DNA of 63,718 nucleotides, the filler included, from Dugesia japonica (taxonomy: Eukaryota), in the NCBI GenBank assembly GCA_001938525.1. It is 6 parts of 6 records of this genome, joined end to end, with 100 filler letters (N's around TTAATTAATTAA, not from the genome) between each part and the next. Parts side by side here need not be neighbours in the genome. Positions count along the whole stretch, not along the records: positions 21,157 to 34,202 come from MQRL01622987.1; positions 34,303 to 43,563 come from MQRL01212368.1; 4 more parts are not named here. One strand, written 5' to 3'. A program made the position numbers and the translations under genes. Under the pieces are notes generated by a model. It made no database searches and had not been told where the DNA came from. It worked only from the letters and a program-made list of their open reading frames with translations. The stretch's first letter is position 1. Every line of letters begins with the position of its first letter. Below, in pieces: positions 26,001 to 39,200 of this stretch.

Positions 26001-29000
26001 ATTGGATAATTATTATAAATTACATTGATTTTTGGTTTATCTTTTTTAATTATTGTTTCCTCATGTTTCCTCCAGTGAAGTGTACAAATGTAGTCCGTTC
26101 CAATGTAAGCGAACCAAGGAGATTTATATGATCGCGAGTCAAATGGTCTTATGAAACCCCATGCCGAAATTAATGTAAAATTTTATTTCGGTAAACTGCA
26201 ATGTGACCTCGTTGAAACAAAGTGTGCAACATCGACCCGTTTTAAGATGTTTGCATCTGGATGCAGTTTCAGCCATTATGTATTGACACGAAAGATGGTG
26301 AACTATGCTTGTGCAGTTTGAAGTAAGAGGAAACTCTGATGGAGAACCGCCTCTGTTCTGACGTGCAAATTGATCGTCGGACATGAGTATAAAGGTGAAA
26401 GATTAATCGAACCATCTAGTAGCTGGTTCCCTTTGAAGGTTTCCTCAGGATAGCTGAAATTTGTTAGTTTAGTTTTACCTGGTAAGTATTGAGGACGAAA
26501 TGTTCTCAAATTATTCTCAAACTTTAAATGGGTTTGATGTGAGTCTTTCTTTATTGAAGATGTGCAAAGAATACAAATGTCTTGTTCATTATTTCTGGTA
26601 AGCAGAACTGGTGATGTGAGATTAACCAAACATATGGTATAGGTCCCACGCTACAGTTACTATTTCAATGTAGTCTTTCCAATGTTATCTGATGTTGTTT
26701 TGGTGAATTTCTATGCTGAAAAATTCATTTCCTTTCTTTAATTTTAGTTCTGCATGTTTCTATTGTATATGTTTCTTTGCATATGGTAAATGTTATTTTG
26801 TGAGTAATATTTGGTATATTGCAAATATTTATATAATTACAAATACATTTGCCACCACAAAAAAAGTTGTCTTGATTTCTGTAATTGGATCCCCGAAAGT
26901 GTTTGCGTTTCAAATATTATTTTTGGATTTTGCTTGAGTTTATATAGTTTATTATATTTTGCATGATTTGGCTACATTTCTCATTAATAAATAAATTTAA
27001 TTTACTTTACAATTGCAATTATTGCGAGAATAATTATTGGACGTAACAATTGATCGTTTTTCAGAAGTCATTTAAAATAAAAGTTTCGATCAAAATTTGT
27101 TTTTTTTTATTTTTGATAATAATTCTTTATTTCGACTTTATATTTATTTCGCCAGGAATTGACTTTTGAATTAAATCAATTCCTGGCGAAGGCAAAGTCT
27201 AAATTTAGAATTATTATCAAAAACCAAAAAAAAACAAATTTTGATCGAAATTTTTATTTTAAATTTAATTACTGTCTTTATTTTTTGTTTGATTTTATTA
27301 AATTTTATTTTCGAAGATAATTTATATTTTGATATAAATATATTTTTGATATCATTTTGATATCAACTTGACAGAAACAAATCTTATTACTTCACTTCAG
27401 TTCTAATTTTTCATCTTTAATTACACCAATTATCTGCTTCCTGATTGTAGTATTACTACCCCAGTGTTCTACATGTCCACTGTTAAATGGTTTCGTATAT
27501 TTATTTTGGATTAAAGTTTCCAGAAAATGAAATCTGAAAGACAATTGAATTCTTTAAATCTGAATTTAATGCTATTATTAATACTTACTATACACTTAAT
27601 TTTCTATAAAATATACAACAATATTTTGGGAATTATTCATAAATTTATAAGTAAGATTTTGTACTGAGAAGTAATCTAATGTTAATTTCCGCTGGAGGGA
27701 ATCCTGATATCTGCCAGTGAAAAATCTATTATTATTATCTATCGGGAAAATAAACTTACAATATGGAAAATAAATATACAACAGAGAAAATAAAATTAAA
27801 ATAAATAATAATTTAAATAGTTGATGATTGCTTAAATTCAAATGTTAAATTTTAATATTACCTGGAGAGCAACCAGATTCTAATGTTAATATTACTTTGG
27901 GAAAATTCAAATATTGATATTCATTGAGGAGTATTATAATATTTCTCTATGAGAGAACAAAATGCACTCATCAGTCATTTAACTGCGTACTCTTTTTGTT
28001 CGCAATTTTTTGTGAAAGAATATTTTTTATTTTTCATTTAACTTACTGTTTGCATATTTTATAGATTTTTAATTATGATATGCTTGGTCAGAATTAAATT
28101 TGCTTCGAATAATATATAGCATGGAAAAAATTACAATAATCGCAGCAAAATTCTCATTATAATAAATATTTTCATGGTTTTTAAGGAAAAAAAATATTTT
28201 CGTCAATTTAAACAAGAAATTAATTTAACAAAAAAATCCATAAAATCATTAAACTTCATCTTATTTAAACAAAAATTCACGAATTTCACTTATTTTAAAA
28301 GATAATTAAATTCTCCATAAATGATGTTGTTGACATCGACACAAAACACACATCAATGCATAAAATATAAACAATCAGATCTTCGACAGTCAATCATCAA
28401 GTAATTCTCAGTGTGTCCATATCTAAAGTAATCAACAAACAATTTAGTTATTGCAATTGACTTGAATAGATATTTTGATCATAATTTTGATCTGAACATT
28501 TTGATCTAAAAATCGATAATTCGATATGAACATCTTATAATTTTGATCCGAACATTTTATAATTTTAATTTGAATGCTTTTGTACATATTTATCTGAATT
28601 ACTTTATTTTTATATTTTTAAATGGTAAATGATTTAGAAATGAAAAAATAAGTGTAGTTTGTATTTCATTTGAAAAAACAAAATTTCTAAAAACTACTCA
28701 AGTGATTAAATCATTTCAAGAAATAAAACAAATAAATTTTTTTAAAGTAAAAAAATAAATATAAATCGAAATTCCTAGAAAAATAATTAAACATAGAAAA
28801 TCTCTTTGGAAAAATTTAATTGCAAAATAAATAAATAATAAATGTATCTTGTTTTACTAATTTATTTGGTATACATGAAATCAGTATAAATACTGATAAT
28901 TTTTTAGTTGTATTCAGACGTCATAATTATTGAACACTCCAATCGCTCAGAGTGGCAGTAGATCATTTAATTTAAAATTGTGCTTATAAGGTCTTAGTGT

Positions 29001-32000
29001 ACATTTTTTATATTCTATGATACACCAAAAATAAACTGTTATTTAAAGGTTATTATTGATTTATTTATATAGGAAAACAAATACACGATATTACCATATT
29101 TATACGTTTTTGATTAAATATATCAGATTTATAACACGGTATCGACATATAACAAAAGCAAAGATCATACAAAGATCAAAATCTATCATTTTATTTAATT
29201 CGATAGTTTTAAATTACGAACCATGCAATAACTTTGTTTAGTAGAAATACCCAAAAATGTAATTATTACCTAACATTAGATTAATGATGACATCAACACA
29301 TCGACTACCTAATAAACTATATATAAAATTAAACTCGTTTCTATATATTTCCAAAACCATATACGTAATCTGCTAACCTTAATTTGATTACCTTGCAAGG
29401 GAGATTTAAAATTGTGTTTAACTTTCACTTAAAAGATTCCACGAATTTTAATTCCAACTCAATAGTTATATCAAAACTGCNNNNNNNNNNNNNNNNNNNN
29501 NNNNNNNNNNNNNNNNNNNNNNNNNNNNNNNNNNNNNNNNNNNNNNNNNNNNNNGTAATATGATAATTGTTTTTAAATAAATAAATATATCATGCATATT
29601 TAACTTTGATATTGTACTAATAAATTAAAAATATACAAAAGTTTAAAATATTTTAAATTGTCAATATTTGTCTAATCTATGTTTTATGTAACAAATATTT
29701 ATACCAATCCTATATTTTCCANNNNNNNNNNNNNNNNNNNNNNNNNNNNNNNNNNNNNNNNNNNNNNNNNNNNNNNNNNNNNNNNNNNNNNNNNNNNNNN
29801 NNNNNNNNNNNNNNNNNNNNNNNNNNNNNTTATTTATCAAATATTCTTTTTGAAATTTAAGTTTTTTTATTTAGTTTTTATAATAATTAAAGGTAAAATA
29901 ATGAGATATGATATAAAACTGAAATTCGTTTCTCTCAAGTTGTAAAAAAATAAATTTTTAAACAAAGGCTATCAAAATTAAATGAAATAAAAATCTCTCT
30001 TATAATCTAAAAACTAAAATCAAACAAAAAATGAATAAAGTAATTAACTAATCTTTTATTAATGAAATATTTACTCAAATCATGTAAATTATATAAGATA
30101 TAAATCTACATTCAATTATTCATCTTAAAACTTACTCAAATAGAGCAATCTCAGTGAAATTATTTAAATTAAAAATTGTATTTATAAATAAATAAAATTT
30201 AAAAATTTACTCGATGAACTACTTTTTATTTTTAATTTTTATTTATTGTCAGGAAATGTAAAATTGAAATATTCTCCAATTCATGATAAATATTACGTTA
30301 AGAATTTCAAATATGAATTGGATGTATTTTATTTGGATACAAATACAAATTTGAAATATAAGTCAAAATGTAAATTGAAAGCGGTACAAAAGGATTATGA
30401 TTTTGATAATAAATTTATACTTCCCGAAAATTTAAAAGCTGGAACGTATACGATTACGTGTTATTATGAGCTTTCAACATATTCTGAAAAATTTGAGATT
30501 AATATATTTGGTAATTTATAAAACTTACATATATAAATTTTTTTTCATATTTAATAATATTTCTATTTAAAAGCAAAATAACATTGGTTTAGGTTCATTA
30601 GAATAAGATAAACAAAATTAATTTGATTAGCATGAATTTATATTATTTTATATTATATTATAAAAGCAGATTTGAATTTTTAGTATTTTAAGGCGGAATA
30701 TATTGAAATCAGAATTTTTAAATATTTAAATTTGTATCATAAAAAAAATTATAAAATAAATAAATTATCATTATCATTATTTATAAAAATAAATAAATTT
30801 GTACTAAAATTTTTATNNNNNNNNNNNNNNNNNNNNNNNNNNNNNNNNNNNNNNNNNNNNNNNNNNNNNNNNNNNNNNNNNNNNNNNNNNNNNNNNNNNN
30901 NNNNNNNNNNNNNNNNNNNNNNNNNNNNNNNNNNNNNNNNNNNNNNNNNNNNNNNNNNNNNNNNNNNNNNNNNNNNNNNNNNNNNNNNNNNNNNNNNNNN
31001 NNNNNNNNNNNNNNNNNNNNNNNNNNNNNNNTTACAAAATGCTGATATTTGATATTTTCCGTTATGAATATGAATTTTTAAATTTGTTTGGAAAAATCAA
31101 TTTTATATGTATATTTTTGTTTTGTGAATAAATCTTTTATGAAAATCAGTTTTGAAATTAATGTTCCGATGAGTACTTCAAACTCATCTAACAATACTAT
31201 TGTATTGTTACTACTTTTATGTATTCACTGAATCAGGACTGGTAATTATTATAGCTTGAGGCCACATTGTGTATTTCGAGACAAATAAAGGCCAACATTA
31301 AACATATTCACTTTAAAATTCGAAAAATTTATACATTGTATCACTATAACAGGCCTGGCCAACACGCGGTCCGTCATGTTAAATTGTGCTGCCCGCCGTA
31401 AATTTTTTATGAAACTATAATTTATTTGTAAAAAACTTTTAGTACATGAAAATTTATGTGTTTCTTTGATATAATGCGCAAATTTTAATAGATGATTTTA
31501 ATTCGATGACTTATTGCGAGCTGATTCTGAGTGCGAATAGTGAGAAAGCATCATGTTTTTTTCTTAATTCATTTCAACTATGTTCTGCAGCACGATTGTA
31601 TTAATTTTGATTTATCACATTTTTTGGCATGTTGTTATGCTGACTGAGGTATCTTATTTTCTTTCAAGAAAAGTATAAAAAATTCTTCATGTTAATATAT
31701 GTTTTCTAATGTAAATAAATTAAAAAATATCTATTGATATAATTTTTTCTTTTAAAAATAATAAAATAAATTTTGATTTTGAATATTTATTACTTTTTTT
31801 AAAAAAAACATTTTTATTTAAAGTGTGGCCAGTTATAATGTTACAAAATGAAAAATGGCCACTAAAGCTATTTAAAAAGATGTAAAAGTTTTATTTAAAA
31901 ACTTAACTCTACTAAATTTATATAATTTATAATACCATACGAAGTTTATTTGATAATAAGGTTAATTTAAGTGACATGCGGCCGCTATTTTCAAATCCAT

Positions 32001-34049
32001 GCACTTAGTGATAAATTAATGAATTGTGGTTTTATTTTTTTAAATAAATTATGTGTCTTAAAAAGGAAAAAAAGAAGTAAAGTGTATTATTTTATTTAGA
32101 TTATTATCATGAGTCTAACATGTGATTGATTTACAGGATATTTTTTGCTTTATACCAACCACATTCGTGATTGTTTCACAACACAATTTTAAATTTACAC
32201 AAATCAAACTCATTATTATTACTAAAATGGTTTTTAAATTCAATTTTAAAATAATTAGTGTAAGTTTCATTTTCTATATTTTTTAATGATCAGTAAACGC
32301 ATTCAAATTCTTCTTACCAAAACGATTTTATTAAAATCAAATATTAGTATTGTTAGATAAGTTTGAAGTAATCATCGGATAATTAATGTCAAAACTCGTT
32401 TCAATAAAAGATTTATTCACAAAACAAAACTATATCCATCACTATTTTTTTATTCAAAAAAGATACCCAGTTTACCCTGAAATCTATTATACTCATTTAC
32501 CACCTGTAGATCCGTATCTATTTACAGACTCCGATCTCATTTCTTTCTCAAACGACTCTACAAATAATATTTGAAAACCTTCTCTCTTTCTATCTAAGAC
32601 ATCCCAACTTGCATTATCTCGATATTTTGTCGATCTTCCTTTTGATATACAGCTCCAACTGTTCCTATTAATCACTTTAGCAAAAGTCAACATTGTATCA
32701 ACTCTCTTTATTCCGTACATTTTCCAAAAACCACAGTGTTTCCTTTATACACTTTGCAAACATTAATTTTTCCTCATCCTTTTTATTTCTAACACATTGT
32801 ACTAAGAGCTTTACCGGAAGCTTTTTATTTTTTTGTCAATAAATTTTCCATAGATTCTTATACATTCCTAATATAAACATCGATATATTGACCTTGTCTT
32901 CTGTAATCCATAATTTTTCTATATCTTTCACTATATTATTCCTTACTGAACTGCCTAAACAAACCTGGAGACCCTCAGTATTACCCACTGTTTCCACATA
33001 TTTTTTCAAGAAATCTTTGTCGATCATACAAGTCATCAACCTTTCTTGTTCTTTCTGGTTGGTATAGTTCTAATGACTTTCACATCTCGGTTTCATACAA
33101 ATACGTCAAAGAATCTATATTGACCAATGCCGNNNNNNNNNNNNNNNNNNNNNNNNNNNNNNNNNNNNNNNNNNNNNNNNNNNNNNNNNNNNNNNNNNNN
33201 NNNNNNNNNNNNNNGAAACATCTGCAGTATTCATCCGAATAATTAAGATCAAATATTAAAAAATAAAATATGATACTACAAATTACTAAATTAAAATTAT
33301 TAAAACTTACGAAAGTATAATAATACAAATATATAAAATGTAATAATACCGATTTACAAAAAACTACCAAAAATTACAATATTAAAACAACATACAATAA
33401 ATAATGCATTTATTAAAATTACATTTAAATAACATTCATTTAAGTTCAAGTTAACATAAAACTTTTTTTCATTTTAATATATCCTTACAAACGTCAAGAT
33501 AAATTATTATTTATTTTTAGAAAGTAATTATTGCCTAAAATGCATTCAATATATTTTTTTAAAGTTCTAGGTGTACACAATGTCATAATATACAGTAATT
33601 ATTTCATTTATGTTTAACTCTAAATCTATTGACTTAAATTTNNNNNNNNNNNNNNNNNNNNNNNNNNNNNNNNNNNNNNATTTTTTCAACTTATTTTATT
33701 ATTAAATTACATCAATAACTTATTCTTTTTGATCATCCCAACTATTTATCTATTATTATAACTATTATAATTTGAGTAAATGTGTAATTAATTTTAGATA
33801 TTTATTTGAAATTTGATATTACTCCTAATACAAATGAAATCAAATATCTTACACAACCGGAAATTTCATGTACTATTAATTCTCCAGTTAATTTGCCCTA
33901 TAGTCTTAAAGCTAACTCATCCTTTGTTAAATATCTATCATTATATTCACTAACATTCGATCAGCTATTTCCTATATATAATACAACTCAATGTGTCACG
34001 TGTTCAATTGATTCACAAATTTACTCGGAAAAATGTTATTTATTGACAG
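23053..34049 (+). CDS. Unannotated secreted/cell-surface protein with tandem Ig-like modules. Exons 23053-23107 (signal peptide), 23155-23382, 30253-30510, 33798-34049; 3' end cut by the contig edge
   Basis: All junctions are GT-AG and phase 1, and the joined frame is open. N-terminus MFLKKLLFYFLWFYCKAS. The three modules (228, 258, 252 nt) share an early Pro and a C-terminal C-x(6-8)-EK/ET-x-Y/F-x-L/I-x-G pattern, with N-glycosylation sequons NIS, NSS and NTT. Confidence 0.65.
23972..24066 (+). pseudogene. 5S rRNA-derived fragments (two partial, decayed copies of the internal region)
   Basis: aatctcggaagttaagcag...ttagtactt and gagcctggttagtgtttggttagagataacc resemble the 5S box A to box C segment GATC-CGAAGTTAAGCA...GCCTGGTTAGTACTTGGATGGGAGACC. 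Confidence 0.6.
24580..25758 (-). mobile_element. Near full-length degenerate mariner (Hsmar1/cecropia-like TIRs)
   Basis: TIRs ttggtaagaaaataattgcggtttt (24580) and aaaaccgcaattactttcttaccaacgtaa-TA (to 25758). Transposase pieces RAIFIYEFKLG, FLDCIVTCNEKWTLYDNRK, KKTMVTVW, HDNARPH, SPDLSPFDYH. Confidence 0.9.
26085..26650 (+). pseudogene. Degenerate 28S (LSU) rRNA fragment
   Basis: Conserved LSU strings gatggtgaactatgc, ctgacgtgcaaattgatcgtc, gaaagattaatcgaaccatctagtagctggttcc, tttcctcaggatagctg, ttctcaaactttaaatggg and ggtaagcagaactgg, with many substitutions and no flanking rDNA. Confidence 0.9.
27003..27264. mobile_element. Palindromic long-TIR element; ~95-bp arm hairpin at 27070-27264
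   Basis: ttcgccaggaattga (27148-27162) pairs with tcaattcctggcgaa (27176-27190), and the pairing extends to 27070/27264. Single-arm copies at ~43430-43560 and ~54805-54897. Confidence 0.75.
31350..31870. mobile_element. Probable non-autonomous hAT (Charlie-like) element
   Basis: Left end caggcctggccaacacgcggtccg...gcccgcc and tggcc subterminal motifs near 31825-31860. No right TIR was identified. Confidence 0.4.
32400..33132 (-). mobile_element. Heavily decayed LTR-retrotransposon pol (RNaseH end/integrase) fragment
   Basis: Coding-like purine bias on the minus strand; NIDSLT resembles NADxLSR. Multiple stops. Confidence 0.4.
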
Positions 34050-34202
34050 GTAATTTTTAATAAAAATGGAATGAATGACGGATTGTTAATATTTTATAAA
34101 ATGAAACAAATTCAATTAACTTCCAGTTTTTATTTTATAAATGTTATTTTTACAAATATAAAAATATTTATTTTTCGCTACAAATATCATTAATCTTACA
34201 AT

Positions 34203-34302
34203 NNNNNNNNNNNNNNNNNNNNNNNNNNNNNNNNNNNNNNNNNNNNTTAATTAATTAANNNNNNNNNNNNNNNNNNNNNNNNNNNNNNNNNNNNNNNNNN
34301 NN
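34203..34302. other. Artificial assembly linker
   Basis: 44N-TTAATTAATTAA-44N. Confidence 0.95.
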
Positions 34303-34494
34303 TTTGTTTTTCTCTGTTTTTAGGATAAATAATTTAATACCAAATTAGAAAATTTATAATTAATTCAGACTAAACTAGTTGATATAGTAAAGACAATTAA
34401 ACGACTCTCCAAAGTTAAAATCGATAAAGTAAGGGCTAATAAGAAAATAGTTAATGTGAATCATACATGACGGAGAAATCAAAGCGAGTATCTT

Positions 34495-34640
34495 AAAATA
34501 CGAACCCGAACCAAAGGAATGCGAGTCTGCATTCGAATTCCGAGTCAACGGCTCCATTCCAAATATCTGGAATTTTGGGGACACCAGATTAAATGCTTCA
34601 CGGGGTTTTACTAGGCCGACCGCCCTAGACTTAATCTTAA
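34495..34640. repeat. Dispersed structured repeat, copy A (others at ~41665-41780 and ~44260-44395)
   Basis: Shares gaacccgaaccaaag and ggacac-agattaaat-cttcac with copy B, and tcaacggctcca-tcc and ttaaat-cttc-gggg with copy C. Confidence 0.65.
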
Positions 34641-36290
34641 AAAATTAACCCACCTAGATTAAACCCCAACAAGAATTTTGGGGACTCATCCGGGATATTT
34701 TAAAAAGATTTTTCATCAAACGTTATAGGAAAATAGCATTAAAATACCAGCGCCAATAAAATCAAATCCAGCCAATCGGTTTTATGATAATAACATAAAC
34801 CAAAGCCATCATGAATCAAGTTTATTATACCTAATATTTTAAAACAGCTAGATAAAAAAAATTCTACGTTAAAAAAATTAAATAATGATATGAACAATAA
34901 GGTATAAAATAAATAAGATAAAAGAAAGCATGTTATGGAATTTAGCGGATAGACCGTTAAAGTAAAATAATTAGCCAAATGTGTAATATTTAACGGATTA
35001 GCAAATAAGTTCTGTACAGTATAGATGGTTGAACACATCATTGTAAATCGATCATAACACAAATGACTCTATTGTTAAATTTATCCTTACACTATTTCGG
35101 AATTATTATATGATTATATTATAACGATAACAAACTTCATATAATTAGTAAATATTTAATTTTCATTGTTTACTCAATTGATCCTATTTCCAAATAAAAA
35201 TGTAAAATAGCCAAAATCAATATCCAGATTCTAAATCGTGGATAATGAAAACAAATTATAAAATCTGAATTAGATGATCGCAAGTTTTGATTATCTCAAT
35301 AATTCTTTTTATTTTCTTATTATCTTTACAAGCTGAAGTTATATTTCTGTGGCACAGTATATTTTGATAATATAATATAATAAATCATAATAATAAATCA
35401 TAATGTTAAATCATAAAATATAAAGTCCATTTAGGTTTCGTTCAAAGTTTTTAAACAGAAATGCTAAATGTAGTACGTTAAATCATAATGCCAGTTATAA
35501 AAATTTCAGGAGAAAGTTTGTTGTGTGTAATATTGTTCGATTAATCAAATTTCAAATGTAGCATTTATTCAATCGCTTATTTAAAGAAAAAAATAATGAT
35601 TATCTAATTAAAAAAAATTCACACAATATTTTTTCTTCGATTCTAAAAATATTTGTTTTATCAAACTTTTGACTTCAAAATCTGCATCTAGTAGCATTAC
35701 CTAGTATTAGTAGCACTCTACTAATATCTGTATCTTGATCCCTGGTTATGAATAATAATAATATCAACAATTATACAAAACTAACTGTTAACTCACCAAT
35801 GATATACTTGAAACACCTATCTCATACTGGATACTCTGCCCATATGTTGCAATCTACAAAATAGCAATTTAAAAAATCAAAAGAAAAAATAAAATTTTTT
35901 GAGACTTACCCTGTGTTTCAAGCAAATTCATATTGAAAACCAAAAAATGTTTAGGTAGTAAAATTTTTTTACCAATTACCAAGATTGTTACGTGTTAAAT
36001 AATATGGTGGAATGTAACTATAATTAGTAGAGTGAAACAAAAGGCAAACTGGAAATATCGAGTAAAATAAGAAAGTAAAAATAAGAAATAAGAATATAAA
36101 TTGAGAAATTAAGGAAACTAATGTAGGAAATTAAGAAATTAAAATAAAAAATAAAAAACAATTTATAAAAAAAAAGTCATTTCTCCGAATTATTGAAGAA
36201 TGTATTGGAATTCGAAAAAAGGAAAATAAACGTTTTGAAAACATTGAATTAAGAGTTTTAAGATCAGTCAAAGAAATATTTGAATCATAA

Positions 36291-39200
36291 TTGATTGTGG
36301 AGGAAATTGTTCAACAAATAATAAAGAAAATAGTTGGTTTCAAGGAGCTAAAAAAATCATTTGCTCTTAAACCAGAAATTAAGCGAGATGAAATGAGAAA
36401 GTTGGCTGAAAATATTAAGAAGAATGATAAAAGGTTTTGTGGGTCACAGATAAATAAGTTGACTTACTCAGAAGTAGCAACTGCAAGTTACAGTCCGAGA
36501 ATTAAGAAAATTGATTTAAAAGGTTCTAACTATCACAAACCTAGGAATAATAATATTGAAAAAGCAATTCCAATTGTTGAAGAATTTAATAATTCCAAAA
36601 ACAACAGAATATGTCAATTTAGAAACATGCCAACATTTTCATGAGGTTTATTGCAAGGAAATTGTACAATAAATCAAAATTACTCCCTTTACCAAAAGAA
36701 GAGCAATTAAAAAAGGCTCATGCTTTTGCTGTGGTCTGATGGGTCACATACGTAATAACTGCCCTCTTAAATCATGNTGCCTAATTTGTGGTAAAACGAG
36801 TCACAGTTTTAGAAACTGTCGTTTACTCGGAAATCAGATATATCACAACAATAAATGTGTTAAGTGCATTTCAGAAGAAGATGACAATGTGGATGAAAAA
36901 AATAAAGATTTAGAGATGATCAATCCTGATGTAAATTATTTAAACAAAAGAGACTCCATTGTTAAAATTTATCAGTGGTATCAATACAATAAAAAATGAA
37001 AATTGGAATTGTGATATGTATAAGAAGAATGATGAAAGAATTTGGAGTAGGGTCAAAGTTAGAAGTAAAATGGTCGAAATGTTGTGGGATACAGGTGCTT
37101 TAATATTAGTGATGCATTCAGAGTTATGGATAGAGTGTGGATCTTTTCCATTGGATAAATGCAATATTAAATTGAGTGTTGCATTTTCAAAAGAAGCAGT
37201 AAATTTTTCAGATATTGGAAAGGTTGAAGAGAATTGCTTATAATGTGATTGTTGATGGAATAAATCCATAATTTATTGGTGGAATTGATATGTTTAATGC
37301 CTTTAATATTTAATTAAAAATGCTTAATATATTAAACTCAGATAACATTAACAGCAAATCCACTGATAATGATCGTTTTAAGGCAACATTAGCAGCTTTT
37401 AAACCAAAAGATAATGATTTAAAAGAAATACTTCTAAAGTTTTCAAATATATTTATACCAGATACTTTTGATCTTGGAAAAACACATGTTGTAAAACATT
37501 CCATTTCAAGAGTTGGTGATCCTATTCTATAACAACCTCAACGTGAACCAATACATCTTGAACAGAAGATTGATGAATTGATTGAGCAACTTATAGAAAG
37601 CGATATTGCCAAAGAATGCAGAGGTGATTGGAATTTCGCGAGGTTAATTGTTGCTAAAAAGAATAGCTTGACTTTAGAATGTTGAATGATTCTACAAAGA
37701 AGTTTCCATTCCCAATGCCAGATCTATAAACTTTACTTGATCACCTTTGTGGTTGTACAATATTTTCAAATTTGGATGTGGGAAGCGTTTATTATCAAGT
37801 AGAATTAAATGAAGAAGACGAAAAGAAGAAGATGAAAACGGCAATTTCAACAATATAGGGACAATATTGCTAAAATCGTATGCCATTTGGGTTATCAACT
37901 GCTCCAGCTTCATTTCAGAAATTGATGCATACAATTTTGGATGGGATTTTATTTAACAATGTAGTTGTATATATTGACGACATTTTAATATTTGCAAAAT
38001 GTCAATCAGATCATGATAAAATATTTGAAATTTTATTTCAAAGAATTCAGAATTTTGGTCTCAAAATCAATCCAAATAAATGTAAACTATCAAAGTAAAT
38101 TGATATTTTTGAGCCATACAGTTAGCGAAGACGGATTAAGGCCTAATTGAGAGAAAATCTTAGAAATTGCAAAAGCAGAAATACCAAAATGCACTAAGCA
38201 GTTACGTTTCTTTTTAGGCATGGGAAACTATTACGGCAAATTTTTTAAAAAAATTTCGTTACTTGCAAAACTATTATATGCTGCAACAGAGGACCGTAAA
38301 CGCGAAATCCAAAACAAGCAAGTTTTATTTACTGCACCAATATTAGGTTTTCCAGATTCAAGCAACCAATTCATATTGGATACTGATGCTAGATTTAGTA
38401 GAATCGGTGCAGTATTGAGCCATATTCTACACTGTCATGAAAAGGTAATTTCATACGGCTCAAAACTATTAAATGCTCATGATAAAGGTTATTGCGTGAA
38501 TCGTAAAGAATTGCTGGTGTTATATGAATTCATCAGGCATTTTTGTCATTATTTATATGGGAACAATTTTGTAGCACCAACCGATCATAAGACATTGAAA
38601 TTTATTAAGCGTTCACATAAACCATTTTAAGCCACAATTTTAAACCTGGAAAACCGAATTGTAAGAATATGATTTTGAGCTTAGATATAAGAAGGATGAG
38701 CAACACGCAAACGCATGTTTCGTATTCTTTCAAGTTATTGTTCTCAATATTAAACTGAACATTTAAATGCTAAAGTCAAGATGTTTAAAGTAAATTATTT
38801 GAGTGTTTTAGATGATTTTGTAGTCAATGCGGATAGCTATATTAACAGATTTAAGAGCAACGAATTGTTTATTAAAGTGAAAAAATACCTAACTGAGAGG
38901 ACAAAGAGATTCTTAAAGATCTAAACGAATCAATTTACAAAAAACAATTGAATAATTTATTTGTAGAAGACGATTTGATAAGCATTGAACTTGATGGGGT
39001 TCGTAAGATTGCAGTACCCTCAAATGAAAAATACGATTTGGTTAATAAAGTACACAAAGATGTTTGTCATGTTTGAATTAAAAAGGCTATAAAATATGTA
39101 TCAGATTATTTCTTCTGGCCAAGTATGATAAGAGAGATTCAAAATATAATACGACAATGTCAATTTTGCATGCGCAGAAAAATAATTAGTGAAAATGTTC

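Noticed and set aside
35986-36290. 5' LTR/PBS of the plus-strand gypsy element
   Set aside because: No convincing direct repeat with the sequence after the PPT (39990 onward).
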